From an uncultured Chloroflexia bacterium (GTDB taxonomy: Bacteria; Chloroflexota; Limnocylindria; QHBO01), in the NCBI GenBank assembly GCA_963814375.1, contig CAWFCQ010000004.1, positions 388,089 through 452,088 of the forward strand: a stretch of DNA of 64,000 nucleotides, in the 5' to 3' direction. This document shows positions 1 through 10,300 of the stretch, piece after piece; within the stretch, counting starts at the first letter, position 1; every line of letters starts with the position of its first letter. The notes under the pieces were generated by a model. It was given only the letters and a program-made list of their open reading frames with translations, was not told where the DNA came from and did not search any database. Both the position numbers and the translations under genes were made by a program.

Positions 1-710
1 GCAGCATCGGTCGCGGGGATCACCTCGAATTCGATCGCGGCCAGGTCGAGCTCCATTTGCTCGCCAAGCTCGACGGCCTTGATCCGCGCGAACGAGCGAC
101 GGTGGAATGCGGTGATGCCCTGCTCCTCGATCCCGCGCCGATGGTCGAGCGTGGCGTAGCCGGCGTTGTGCTGCCAGCCGTATCCGGGGTGACGCGCCGC
201 CAGCCGGTCCATGAGCCGATCGCGAACGACCTTGGCCACGATCGAGGCGGCCGCGATCGAGTAGCAGCGCGCGTCGCCGTGGACGACCGCCGTGTAGGGC
301 CCGACGTGATCCTCGAGCCGATGGACGCGCAGCCCATCGATGAGGACGTGCTGGCGTTCGGACACGCGGCAGATCGCGCGGCGCATGGCGAGGTTCGTGG
401 CGTGGTAGATGTTGAGCCGATCGATCTCGGCCACGCTGGCGGCGCCGAGGCCCACGGCAACCGCCCGACGCCGAACGAGCGGGTAAAGCCGCTCTCGCTG
501 CCCACGTGAGAGCATCTTCGAGTCGCGCACACCGGGGACGCGCCGTCCGTAGGCCGGCATGACCACGGCGGCGGCGAGGACCGGCCCGGCGAGACAGGCG
601 ACGCCGACGGCATCGGCTCCGACGACGAGCTCGAGACCACGCTCCCAGTGCTCGCGCTCGATCCGGGTGGATGGCTTGACGATGCGCTGCGGGCGACGCG
701 TGCGGGTCAC
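1..710 (-). CDS. rnhB: Ribonuclease HII (3' end runs off window; atypical N-terminal motif)
   Basis: Manual translation from GTG at 710: ...GADAVGVACLAGPVLAAAV...VRDSKML...EIDRLNI...LIDG...HGDARCYSIAAASIVAKVVRDRLM...GY.T..H; follows rplS as usual. Absent from ORF track because there is no stop in the window. Confidence 0.9.
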   Translation of the reverse strand, partial: MTRTRRPQRIVKPSTRIEREHWERGLELVVGADAVGVACLAGPVLAAAVVMPAYGRRVPGVRDSKMLSRGQRERLYPLVRRRAVAVGLGAASVAEIDRLNIYHATNLAMRRAICRVSERQHVLIDGLRVHRLEDHVGPYTAVVHGDARCYSIAAASIVAKVVRDRLMDRLAARHPGYGWQHNAGYATLDHRRGIEEQGITAFHRRSFARIKAVELGEQMELDLAAIEFEVIPATDA

Positions 711-776
711 CGCGTCAGTGTATCGAGCGATCCATCGGGTGTGAGGCGTTCGCGACGACCGTGACCGGCCGGAGGA

Positions 777-1124
777 TCAGGTTGCGCGTCGCTCGCGCAG
801 CGTGGCGGATTTGCCGACGCGGTCGCGCAGGAAGTAGAGCTGGGCTCGGCGCGCGACGCCGTGGCGGACAACTTCGATCTTGTCGATGCGCGGCGCGTGG
901 ACCATGAAGGTGCGCTCGACGCCCACGCCGCTGGCGATCCGACGCACGGTGATCGCCTTGTTGAGTCCGCCGCCCCGCATGCGCATGACCGTGCCCTCGA
1001 AGACCTGGATGCGCTCGCGGTTGCCCTCGACCACCTTGACCGAGACGCGAACGGTATCGCCGGGCGCGATCTCCGGCACGTCGGTGCGGAGCTGCTCGCG
1101 CTCGAGCTCCTTGATGGCATTCAT
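777..1124 (-). CDS. rplS: 50S ribosomal protein L19
   Basis: [41 protein letters not shown]; start at ATG 1124. Confidence 0.97.
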   Translation of the reverse strand: MNAIKELEREQLRTDVPEIAPGDTVRVSVKVVEGNRERIQVFEGTVMRMRGGGLNKAITVRRIASGVGVERTFMVHAPRIDKIEVVRHGVARRAQLYFLRDRVGKSATLRERRAT

Positions 1125-1295
1125 CGCTGGGGCGACCTCGTCGTTCGAGCCCTCGGGTGGGGTCCCCCGCTTGGGGTCCATTCGGGTGGGCAATGGTGAC
1201 ACACGAACGCGACCGCGCTCGGCGGCCGCGACGGCAGGAAGTATAGCAGCGCTCGCCGACCCCGGGCAAGGAGCCTCTCAGGCAGGAGCCGGCAG

Positions 1296-2034
1296 TCAGC
1301 CGGGGTCGGGCGGTCCCTCGCGGAGCTCGTCGAGCGTTGCGCGATCGGCGTCGGTCAGCGGCGCCGAGTCGAGGAGGTCCGGCCGTCGCTCCAGCGTCCG
1401 GCGCAGCGCCTCGCGGCGGCGCCAGCGGTCGACCTCGCCGTGGTGGCCCGAGACGAGGACGGGCGGGACCGCCAGGTCGGCGAACGTGTCTGGTCGGGTG
1501 TACTGCGGATACTCGAGCAGGCCCGACGCGAACGAGTCGCCCTCGTGCGACTCGGCCTGGATGGCACCCGGCAGGAGCCGGACGATGGTGTCGATGAGTA
1601 CGAGCGCCGGCAGCTCGCCCCCGGTCAGGACGTAGTCGCCGATGCTGACCTCGCGGCCAACGAGGGTCCGCACGCGCTCGTCGATGCCCTCGTAGCGTCC
1701 GCACACCAGCGCCAGATGCGGGCGCGTGGCCAGCTCGCGCGCGAGCGCATCGGTCAGGCGCTCGCCGGCGGGGTCGAGCAGGAGCACTTCCGCACCGGCG
1801 CTCGCGCAGTGGCTCGATCGCCGCAAACAGCGGCTCCGGCCGCATCACCATCCCGGCGCCGCCACCGAATGGGTAGTCGTCGACCGAGCGGTGGCGGCCG
1901 ATGCCGTGCTCGCGCAGGTCGTGCGTCTCGAAGGTCACGATCCCCCGCTCGGCGGCCCGCCCGATGATCGACGTCCGCAGCGGAAGGTCGAAGAGCTCCG
2001 GAAATATGGTGACGACGTCGATGCGCATGGCCAT
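1296..2034 (-). CDS. trmD: tRNA (guanine37-N1)-methyltransferase, split by a +1 frameshift near 1797
   Basis: N-half ([14 protein letters not shown]) in ORF 715..2034, C-half ([38 protein letters not shown]) in ORF 1296..1826. Confidence 0.93.
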
Positions 2035-2510
2035 CAGCGGATCTCCTCCGCATCGTCGGGCGCGATCACCACGAGGCCGGCATCGAGGTCGATGCGTTCC
2101 ACGGCGGATCGCAGCGCTGGAACGAGGCGCTCTCCGGTGGGGCCAACGACGCGGTACACCTCATTGCCGCCGGCACGGAAGACCTCCACCAGCTCGCCGA
2201 CGACCGCCCCGTCCGTAGATTCCACCCGCAGGCCGACGAGGTCCTCCCAGTAGTACGTCTCGTCGTCGAGGTCCCGTGGCGGGACCTCGAGATAGCGGCC
2301 CGCGAGCCGCTCGGCCGCCTCACGCGAGGCAACTCCCTCCAGGTGCAGCACTGGGATACGGCCACCGGTCTCCATCGCGGCAACGCGATCGGGCTCGTCC
2401 GACCCTTCGATCCAGACCTCCAGGCCGGGCGTGAGCCGCTCCGGCCAGTCGGTCAGCAGCTCGATCCGAACCGCCCCGGCAAGGCCCTTGGCGCCGAGGA
2501 CGCGCGCCAC
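2034..2510 (-). CDS. rimM: Ribosome maturation factor RimM
   Basis: GAKGLAG.V, YYWEDLVGLRV, GGNEVY..LVP; rpsP-khpA-rimM-trmD-rplS synteny. Confidence 0.93.
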   Translation of the reverse strand: MARVLGAKGLAGAVRIELLTDWPERLTPGLEVWIEGSDEPDRVAAMETGGRIPVLHLEGVASREAAERLAGRYLEVPPRDLDDETYYWEDLVGLRVESTDGAVVGELVEVFRAGGNEVYRVVGPTGERLVPALRSAVERIDLDAGLVVIAPDDAEEIR

Positions 2511-2523
2511 GGCGCGCCGCCCC

Positions 2524-2763
2524 TCAGTCGGCGTCGGAGACGATCTCGAGCTCGACGTGGCGCCCGTCCCGGGTGGCCATCACGCGCAGGAGGCTCCGGA
2601 TGGCGTTGGCGATGCGGCCGTCGCGGCCGATGACGCGCCCCATGTCTTCCTGGTCGACTCCGAGGGTGAGGACCGTCTCGTCTTCACCGTCGTCGACCTC
2701 GACGAAAACGCTGTCGGGCTTGTCGACGAGCGAGCGCGCGACGTACTCGAGGAACTCTTTCAT
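2524..2763 (-). CDS. khpA: KH-domain RNA-binding protein KhpA
   Basis: LVDKPD.V, DMGRVIGRDGRIANAIR; position after rpsP. Confidence 0.92.
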   Translation of the reverse strand: MKEFLEYVARSLVDKPDSVFVEVDDGEDETVLTLGVDQEDMGRVIGRDGRIANAIRSLLRVMATRDGRHVELEIVSDAD

Positions 2764-3338
2764 GCGTCGGCCTTCTCGGTCTCTTCGGTCGCCTCGGCGA
2801 CGCCGGCCTCCTCGGGAGCCGCTTCGGCGGTCTCAGGCTCGTCCGAAGCGGTCTCGGCGGCGCCCTCTGGGGGCTCGGCAGGCGCATCCGAAGCATCGGC
2901 CGGAGCCTCCTCGGCGGCGGGTGCCTCTACCTCGGCGGCCGGTGCCTCTGCCGTTTCCTCGGCGGCTGGTGGCTCTACCTCTGCCGGGGGCGGTGCTTCG
3001 GCCGCGGCTGCTGCCTTGGCCTGTGCCTTCTTCGAGGGCTTGGCCTTCGCCGGCCGCGTGGCGCGCTTCGGCTTCACGGCCTCCGCCTCGGTCGAGGTGG
3101 CTGCCTCGGCCTGGCGCATGAGCCTGACGACGGTGTCGGAAGGCTGTGCCCCATTACCGATCCAGGCCTTGATCTTCTCGGTCTCGAGCTGGACGGTTGC
3201 GGGCTCGGTCAACGGGTCGTAGAAGCCGAGGATCTCGATGGCGCGACCGTCACGTGAGCGACGCTTGTCGATGGCGACCACGCGGTAGGCCGGGCGCTTC
3301 GTGGCGCCCACGCGTGTCAGCCGGATTGCTACTGCCAA
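2760..3338 (-). CDS. rpsP: 30S ribosomal protein S16 with long Ala/Glu/Pro-rich tail
   Basis: IRLTRVG..KRP.YRVV, RDGR.IE.LG.YDP, GAQPSDTV. Confidence 0.96.
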   Translation of the reverse strand: MAVAIRLTRVGATKRPAYRVVAIDKRRSRDGRAIEILGFYDPLTEPATVQLETEKIKAWIGNGAQPSDTVVRLMRQAEAATSTEAEAVKPKRATRPAKAKPSKKAQAKAAAAAEAPPPAEVEPPAAEETAEAPAAEVEAPAAEEAPADASDAPAEPPEGAAETASDEPETAEAAPEEAGVAEATEETEKADA

Positions 3339-3381
3339 GTGGTTCTCCCTCAGTGGTGATGGGTTCGGATCAAGTTCGGTG

Positions 3382-4944
3382 TCACCGCTCGTCGACGGTC
3401 AGCACCGCGTGGAATTCAATCTGGTCGTGGCGGGACGGAACGGTCAGGCCGAAGGTCCCGAGCGAAGCAAGGATATCGCGAGCGTCGTCCGGGATGTCGA
3501 CCATGCCTCCACCGACCTCCATGAGCGGGCCGATGTCAGCCCAGACCTCGCTCCCGCCGCGCGTGCCGGCAACCTCGAAGGTCGTGGCGTATCGGTCGCT
3601 GGTCCCGAGCGACGTACCGTTGGCATGCGCGTCGATCGCGGCGAGGACGTCGCCCGTGCTCAGTCCGAGAATCACGAGATCGTCGACCACCGCATAGGCG
3701 ACCTCGCCGATCTCCGGAAGGTCAGCGATGACGATCGTGATCCCGTCGACCTCGTCTCGGGTGATCGCCGCACCGATGGTCTCGAGCGACTCGGCGACGC
3801 GCCCCAGCGACTCGTCGGCGGCGCTGATGTCGTCAGGCCGAAGGAGCAGCTGTCCGCTGGGCATGCCGCCGTCGAAGCCGGTGATGGAGAGCGCCACCTC
3901 GCGGTCCAGGAGCGGCAGCAGGTCGGCGTCGATATCGATACCGAGCCCGAAGGCCGCAATCGCACGCAGGCTGTCGAGGGCACCGGTGACCTCGTCGGCC
4001 TCCGGCACCCCACCCGCCGCCTCTTCGGCGGTCTCCAGCATCTGGCGCAACCCGAATACCACCGCCTCGACCATCGTGTCCTCGGGCATCCAGTTGACGA
4101 GGCTGCTCGGCTCGCCGCCGAGCGCGAACGTCTCGCGCGCCGAGGGGGCGGCCTGGGTCAGGTCGAAGGGGACGCTTCCGCTGAGGCGGAGCCCATCCTG
4201 CTCGGCGCTGAGCGTGGCACTGAGAGTGGTGACGACCCCGACGTCATCGGCCAGCCCGGTCGCCTCCACGACACCCTCGAGGTCGACGAACAGCGCTGCG
4301 AGGTGATCGGCCGGCAGGCGCTCCATCGCCTCGATGAACTCTGGCTGCGCGGCGAGGGAGGACGCCCCGCCATGGACGTCGATGACCGGATGCAGGCTTT
4401 CGGCAGTTGGCCCGACGACGAGCATCTCGCCCACGATGGCCCAGGCGCTCCCCGTTCCGGCGTCGATCTGAACTCCCTCGTAGGTCGTCGCCTCGGGCGC
4501 GGCCTCGCTCTCGGCCACGATGTCCGCGACCGCGGCCCGCGCTGCTTCAGCGTCGGCGACCTCGGCGATGACGACGGCCGAGCTCTGGGTCAGGTCATCG
4601 GCGTCGGGCCAGGCGGCGATCGCGACCTGGTCACCCAGCCACGGCTTCACCTGGGTCCGGTAGTCGATGCCGGTCTGCCCCAGCAGGTTCTGGACGATCT
4701 GGTCGATCTTGTCGTCGAGGGCCGCTTCATCGGCGAAACCGGGCAGCCTGCCGATGAGCTCGGAGAGGTTCATCTGCTGCTGAGTCGATGGCTGGAGGTA
4801 GATGCTCGCGTATGCGGCGGTGTTCGCCGGCGCCAGCGCGGAGGCTCGGTCGGTGGCCGTCGAGAAGAGCAGCAGGTAGCCACCGACAACCGTCACTCCG
4901 ATCAGCGAGATGAAGGTGACGAGGGCGATGACGAGTCGATGCAC
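3382..4944 (-). CDS. Membrane-anchored acidic protein, DUF3352-like
   Basis: N-terminal TM helix, internal duplication (IDYRTQVKPWLGDQVAIA / IDIDADLLPLLDREVALS) typical of DUF3352. Confidence 0.65.
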   Translation of the reverse strand: MHRLVIALVTFISLIGVTVVGGYLLLFSTATDRASALAPANTAAYASIYLQPSTQQQMNLSELIGRLPGFADEAALDDKIDQIVQNLLGQTGIDYRTQVKPWLGDQVAIAAWPDADDLTQSSAVVIAEVADAEAARAAVADIVAESEAAPEATTYEGVQIDAGTGSAWAIVGEMLVVGPTAESLHPVIDVHGGASSLAAQPEFIEAMERLPADHLAALFVDLEGVVEATGLADDVGVVTTLSATLSAEQDGLRLSGSVPFDLTQAAPSARETFALGGEPSSLVNWMPEDTMVEAVVFGLRQMLETAEEAAGGVPEADEVTGALDSLRAIAAFGLGIDIDADLLPLLDREVALSITGFDGGMPSGQLLLRPDDISAADESLGRVAESLETIGAAITRDEVDGITIVIADLPEIGEVAYAVVDDLVILGLSTGDVLAAIDAHANGTSLGTSDRYATTFEVAGTRGGSEVWADIGPLMEVGGGMVDIPDDARDILASLGTFGLTVPSRHDQIEFHAVLTVDER

Positions 4945-4949
4945 CGTTG

Positions 4950-6287
4950 TCAGCGTCCGAGGAGGGCGCCGATACCGCCACCGAGCTTCGGCATCTTTCC
5001 GCCGGAGATCATCTTCATCATCTTCTGCATCTCGGCGAACTGCTTCAGGAGCCGATTCACCTCCGCGGTCGACGTTCCGCTGCCGAGGGCGATCCGACGT
5101 CGCCGGCTGGCCTTGATGATCTCGGGACGTCGTCGCTCCTCAGGCGTCATCGAGTCGATGATCGCCTCGATCCGCGTCATCTGGCCCGAATCGACGGCCT
5201 CCTGCGCGGCACCCGCCATCTGGCTCGCGCCGGGGATCATGCCGACGAGCTGGCCGATCGGCCCCATCTTCTTGATCTGGTTGAGCTGGCTGCGGAAGTC
5301 CTCGAGCGTGAACCGGTTCTCCATCATCCGCTGCGCGGTGCGCTCGGCCTCGTCCTGGTCGACGTTCTCCTGGACGCGCTCGACGAAGCTGACGATGTCG
5401 CCCATCCCCAGGATGCGCTGGGCGAGCCGATCCGGGTGGAACGGCTCGAGGCCATCCGTCCGCTCACCGGTCCCGAGGAACGCGATCGGAATGCCGGTCG
5501 CGGCGCGAATGCTCAGCGCAGCCCCGCCACGGGCGTCTCCGTCCATCTTGGTCAGGACCAGCCCGGTCACCGGCAGCTTGGCGTGGAACGCCTCGGCCAC
5601 GCGGACCGACTCCTGGCCGGTCATCGCGTCCACCACGAGCAGCGTCTCCGACGGAGTCAGCGCGCCGGTGATGCGGACGAGCTCGTCCATCATCGCCTCG
5701 TCGACGTGGAGTCGACCCGCGGTGTCGAGGATCATCACGTCCACGCCTCGCTGGCGAGCGACCTCGAGCCCGGAGCGAGCGACCTCGAGGGCGGGCGTGC
5801 CCACCGGGCGGGTATGGACCTCGACGCCGATCTGGTCACCGAGCTGGACGAGCTGGTCGACCGCGGCGGGCCGGTAGACATCGGCCGCGACCAGCAGGAC
5901 GCGCTTTCCCTCACGACGCAGACGTACCGACAGCTTGGCGGCGGTGGTCGTCTTGCCGGAGCCCTGGAGGCCGACCATCATCAGGACCGCCGGACGCCCG
6001 TCGAGCTGGAGCGCATGTCGCTCCCCGCCCAGCACGCCCACGAGCTCGTCGTGGACGATCTTGACGATCTGCTGGCCCGGGTTCAGGCCCGTGAGCAGGT
6101 CGACGCCGATGGCGCGCTCGCGAACCCGGGCGACGAAGTCCTTGACGACCTTGAAGTTGACGTCCGCCTCGAGCAGGGCGAGGCGGATCTCGCGCAGCGC
6201 GGCATCGAGATCGGCCTCGGTGATGCGGGCTTTGCCGCGGAGGCGCTCGGTGATGCCCTGAAGGCGCGCGGAGAGAGACTCGAACAT
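4950..6287 (-). CDS. ffh: Signal recognition particle protein Ffh
   Basis: GLQGSGKTT, DTAGR, TKMDGDARGG, RILGMGD, Met-rich M domain. Confidence 0.98.
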   Translation of the reverse strand: MFESLSARLQGITERLRGKARITEADLDAALREIRLALLEADVNFKVVKDFVARVRERAIGVDLLTGLNPGQQIVKIVHDELVGVLGGERHALQLDGRPAVLMMVGLQGSGKTTTAAKLSVRLRREGKRVLLVAADVYRPAAVDQLVQLGDQIGVEVHTRPVGTPALEVARSGLEVARQRGVDVMILDTAGRLHVDEAMMDELVRITGALTPSETLLVVDAMTGQESVRVAEAFHAKLPVTGLVLTKMDGDARGGAALSIRAATGIPIAFLGTGERTDGLEPFHPDRLAQRILGMGDIVSFVERVQENVDQDEAERTAQRMMENRFTLEDFRSQLNQIKKMGPIGQLVGMIPGASQMAGAAQEAVDSGQMTRIEAIIDSMTPEERRRPEIIKASRRRRIALGSGTSTAEVNRLLKQFAEMQKMMKMISGGKMPKLGGGIGALLGR

Positions 6288-6379
6288 GACGGGACCGATG
6301 CGGGAGGGTCAGATCCGGCGCGATCGCGCCGGCAAACGGCTGCCCATTCTAGGGTGGGCGACCCGGGCCGGCAATGTGG

Positions 6380-7384
6380 CTAGTCGGCGAACAGCCACTC
6401 GACGAATGACTCGGGGTCGAACGGGGCCAGGGCGTCGATCTCCTCGCCGACACCGGCGAACACGATCGGCACGCCCAGCCGGTCGGCCACGGCAAGCGCG
6501 ACGCCACCCTTCGCGCTGCCGTCGAGCTTGGTCAGCACGATGCCGGTCACCCCGGCCTCACGGCTGAATCCTTCCGCCTGGAGCAGGCCGTTCTGGCCGG
6601 TCGTCGCATCCAGGACCAGGAGCACGTGCCGCGGCTGGTCCGGCAGGCGCCGCTCGATCACTCGGCGGATCTTGGCCAGCTCATCCATCAGCTGCTGCTT
6701 GTTCTGGAGCCGGCCGGCGGTGTCGATCAGGACGGCGTCGAGGCCGCGCGACTCGGCGGCGGCCACGGCATCGAAGGCGACCGCCCCGGGATCCGCGCCG
6801 GCTCGCTGCGCGATGACCGGCATCCCGAGCTGCTCGCCCCAGATACGGAGCTGCTCGATTGCGGCGGCGCGGAACGTGTCGGCCGCCGCCAGCGCAACCG
6901 TGCGGCCTTCAGCCTGGAGCCGATGCGCCAGCTTGGCGATCGTGGTCGTCTTCCCGGACCCGTTGACTCCCACGACGAGGATGACCGCGGGCGGCTCGCC
7001 GAGCTCGAACCGGCCGGAACCGGCGGCCACCAGCCGGTCGCGCAGCTCCGTCGCCAGCGCTCGACGGGCGTCGTCGCCGCTCGAGCCGCCGTCGGCGGTG
7101 AAGCGCCGGCGGGCCGCATCGACCAGCTCGAGGGTGGCCGCGCCACCGACGTCGGCCGCGATGAGGGCCTCCTCCACCTCGTCCCAGGTCGCATCGCTCG
7201 CCGGTGTCCCGGCTCCGAGGATCGACCGCAGTCGGACGCCGAGGCCCGAGGGTCGTGCCCGCAGCCCCATGCCTCCCGGCTCACGCGCAGGACGCGCCAT
7301 CGTCGTGGCCGGCAGGATCGGCTCACCTGGTACGACGGTCTCTGGCTCCGGCGGCGGCTCCTCGCGCCTGCGCCGGAATATCAC
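6380..7384 (-). CDS. ftsY: SRP receptor FtsY
   Basis: GVNGSGKTTTIAKLA, DTFRAAAIEQL, DTAGRL, TKLDGSAKGG. Confidence 0.97.
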   Translation of the reverse strand: MIFRRRREEPPPEPETVVPGEPILPATTMARPAREPGGMGLRARPSGLGVRLRSILGAGTPASDATWDEVEEALIAADVGGAATLELVDAARRRFTADGGSSGDDARRALATELRDRLVAAGSGRFELGEPPAVILVVGVNGSGKTTTIAKLAHRLQAEGRTVALAAADTFRAAAIEQLRIWGEQLGMPVIAQRAGADPGAVAFDAVAAAESRGLDAVLIDTAGRLQNKQQLMDELAKIRRVIERRLPDQPRHVLLVLDATTGQNGLLQAEGFSREAGVTGIVLTKLDGSAKGGVALAVADRLGVPIVFAGVGEEIDALAPFDPESFVEWLFAD

Positions 7385-10300
7385 GCCCCGACCTCGACCG
7401 GCACGTCGGCCAGGCGCAGCGAGAGGACCCGGCTCACCGCGGCGTCGGTCATCGTGACGCCGTAGATCGTGTCGGCCACCTCGATCGTGGCTCGGTTGTG
7501 CGTGATCACGACGAAGTCGATCGATTCGGCGAGGCGGCGCAGCGCATCGGCGAAGCGACCGATGTTTGCCTCGTCGAGCGCGGCGTCGACCTCGTCGAGG
7601 ATGCAGAACGGAACCGGATTGACGGTCAGCATCGCGAAGAGCAGCGCCACGCCGGTCAGGGCTCGCTCACCGCCGGACAGCATCGCGAGGCGCTGGAGGC
7701 GCTTGCCCGGGGGCCGCACCACGATCTCGATACCGCCGGGCGCATCCCCATCGGCCTCGTCACCCATCTGGAGTGACGCCGACCCGCCGGCGAACAGGAG
7801 GCGGCAGAACTCGTCGAACTTCTCGCCGATCGCTCGGAAGGCCGCGTCGAACTGCTGGCCGATCTCCCCGTCGAGACGCGCGATCAGCTCCTCGGTGGCA
7901 GCGATCGCTGCGCGCAGGTCGCCGTCCTGCGCCGTCATCTCGTCCAGGCGCGTGGCCACCTCCCGGTGCTCCTCGACCGCGAACGGGTTCACCGAGCCGA
8001 TCTGGCCGAGGGTGCGGCGGACCCGCTTCAGCTCGACCTCGAGGGCTTCGTCGTCGAGCGCCCCGATCTCGTCGACCGGGATCTCGGTCGAGCCGACCTC
8101 GGGGAGGCCGTCCAGCGCGAGCTCGCGCTCGCGCGCCAGGGCGGTCAACGCCTCCTCGCGGCGGGACGCGTCGATCGCCGTCGCCTGCGCCGCCCGCTCC
8201 AGATCGGAGAGCTCGCTGCCAACACTTCCCTGATCGCGCTCGAGGGCGAGGAGCTCGTTGCGCGCCGTCCCGCGCTCAGCATCGGCCCTCTCGAGGTCCG
8301 CCGAAGCCGCAGCGTCCGACGCGCGCACAGCCCCCGCCTCGGTCTCGATCGCATCGTGTTGCTCACGCGCGATGGCCAGCACCCGCTCCCGTTCGGGCAG
8401 GGATGCGCGCAGCTGCGCCACGCGGGACTCTCGCAGGGCTCGATCCCGACGCCGCCCGGCGGTCGAGATCTCGAGGCCCTCAGCGGATCCCCGTGTCGTG
8501 GTCCACGCCTCGCGCGCCTCGTCCCGGCGGCGGGCACGCTCGTCGCGGCCGGCTCGGGCCGCTTCGGCGGCCGCCTGAAGCTGCTCGAGGTCGCCTGAGC
8601 CCACGCCGATGTCCGTCGTCGGAGGCGTTCGAGCGTCGTCCATGGTGACGAGCTCCGACTCGAGGGCGGCGGCCCGCTCGTCGAGACGTTCCTGCGCCGC
8701 GACCGCGGTATCGGCTTCCTCGATCGCTCGCCGCTGTGTCCGCTCCGCCTCGTCGTGCCGCTCGCGCGCGGAGAGATGCACGGCACGGGCCGCGCGCAGG
8801 CGATCGGCCGCGCGGTGGGCGACCTCCTGCGCCGAGGCGACGTCCGTCTCGAGGCGCGACGTGGTATCGATCAGCTCGCGGCGTCGAGCATGCGCCCGGG
8901 CGGCGGCGCCGCCGCTCGCGTCGGCCCGGCCACGCAGGGTGATGACGCCACGCCCATCGGCGAGATCGCCGTCGGTGGTGACGGCGCTCCAGCCCGCGGG
9001 CAGCCGCCGCCATCCCGCCAGGAGGGCCTCGAGGTCGCGTGCGACGGCGGTACGCCGGAAGATGAGCGGGGCATCCGCCGCCGCTACCCATTCGGCCAGT
9101 GTTTGATCCGCCTCGACCGCCGCGAGCGCCGCCTCCCGCCCGTCGAGCCCATCATCCTGGTGAGGGGCCAGCAGTCGCGCCGCGCCCCGGCCCGCGTCGA
9201 CCTGCTCGCGCGGATCCGCATCGGCCCACAGCAGTACGCCTTCGAGCTCGCCTCCGACGACCGCTTCGATCGCCGGCCACGTCGGCTCGGGCGCCTCGAT
9301 CGTGTCGAGCAGCGGCGGCCAGCCCGCGGCCGCGAGGCGTCGTCCCAGGCGGGTGCTGGCATCCGCCGGCTCCTCGATGGCAGTCAGCTCGGCCCGGGTG
9401 GCGCGCAGCCGTTCCGTTCCCTCGACCACGCGCTGGCGCGTCTCGTCCGCCTCCGCCTGCGCCGCATCGCGCTCCGTCTCGGCGGCGGAGAAGGCTCGTT
9501 CGGCGTCCCGAACGGCGGCATCGGCTGCGTCTCGCGCCGCGCTCGTCGTCGAGACGGCCGATCGCGCTTCCTCGCCGGCGGCGCGGACGCGTTCGAGCTC
9601 GAGGAGCGCATCGTCGCGTCGCGCCGCGTGTCGTGCCACCTCTTCCGACGTTCGGGCGGCGGCTGCGATGCGGTCGCTCTCGGATGCGCGCAGAGCCGCC
9701 ACCGCCTCCTCGGCAGCGAGCAACGCGTCATCCGCCGTGGCGAGCTCGGCCACGGCTGCCCGCCACGCCTCCTCGGCTGCCGCAGCATCGGCCACCGCGG
9801 CATCGACCTCGCCCGCCGCATCCTCGTCGCTGCTGGAGAGCACGTGCTCTGCCTCGGCCAGCTCGGCCGTCTCCCGCTCGAGCGTGGTGACCAGCTCGGA
9901 GAGGCGCGTGCCAGCCGTCTCGAGCCGGCCCTCGATGCGAATCACGGCCTCTCGCGTCGCCTCGCGGACGCGCGCCGCTTGACGTGCTGCCTCGTCGGCG
10001 CGCCAGTAGCGTTCCTCTGCCGCGGCAATCGCCTGTCTCCCGGCCGCCTGTGCCTCGCGGAACCCTTGCAAGCCGGCCTCTGCCGCGGCCGCCGCTCGTC
10101 GCGCGTCGCCCAACGCGGCTCGCGCCGCGACTTCCCGGCGCTGATGCGAAGCGATGACGAGCCCGCGCGCCCGGGCGCCGAGCGCGTCGTGCTGCTGCTG
10201 GTGCTCGGCCTGGAGCGCGAGCCGGCGAGCCTGCGGCTTCAGCTCGGCGATGAGGTCGCTCACACGGGTGAGGTTGTCGAGCGCCTTCGCCAGCCGCACC

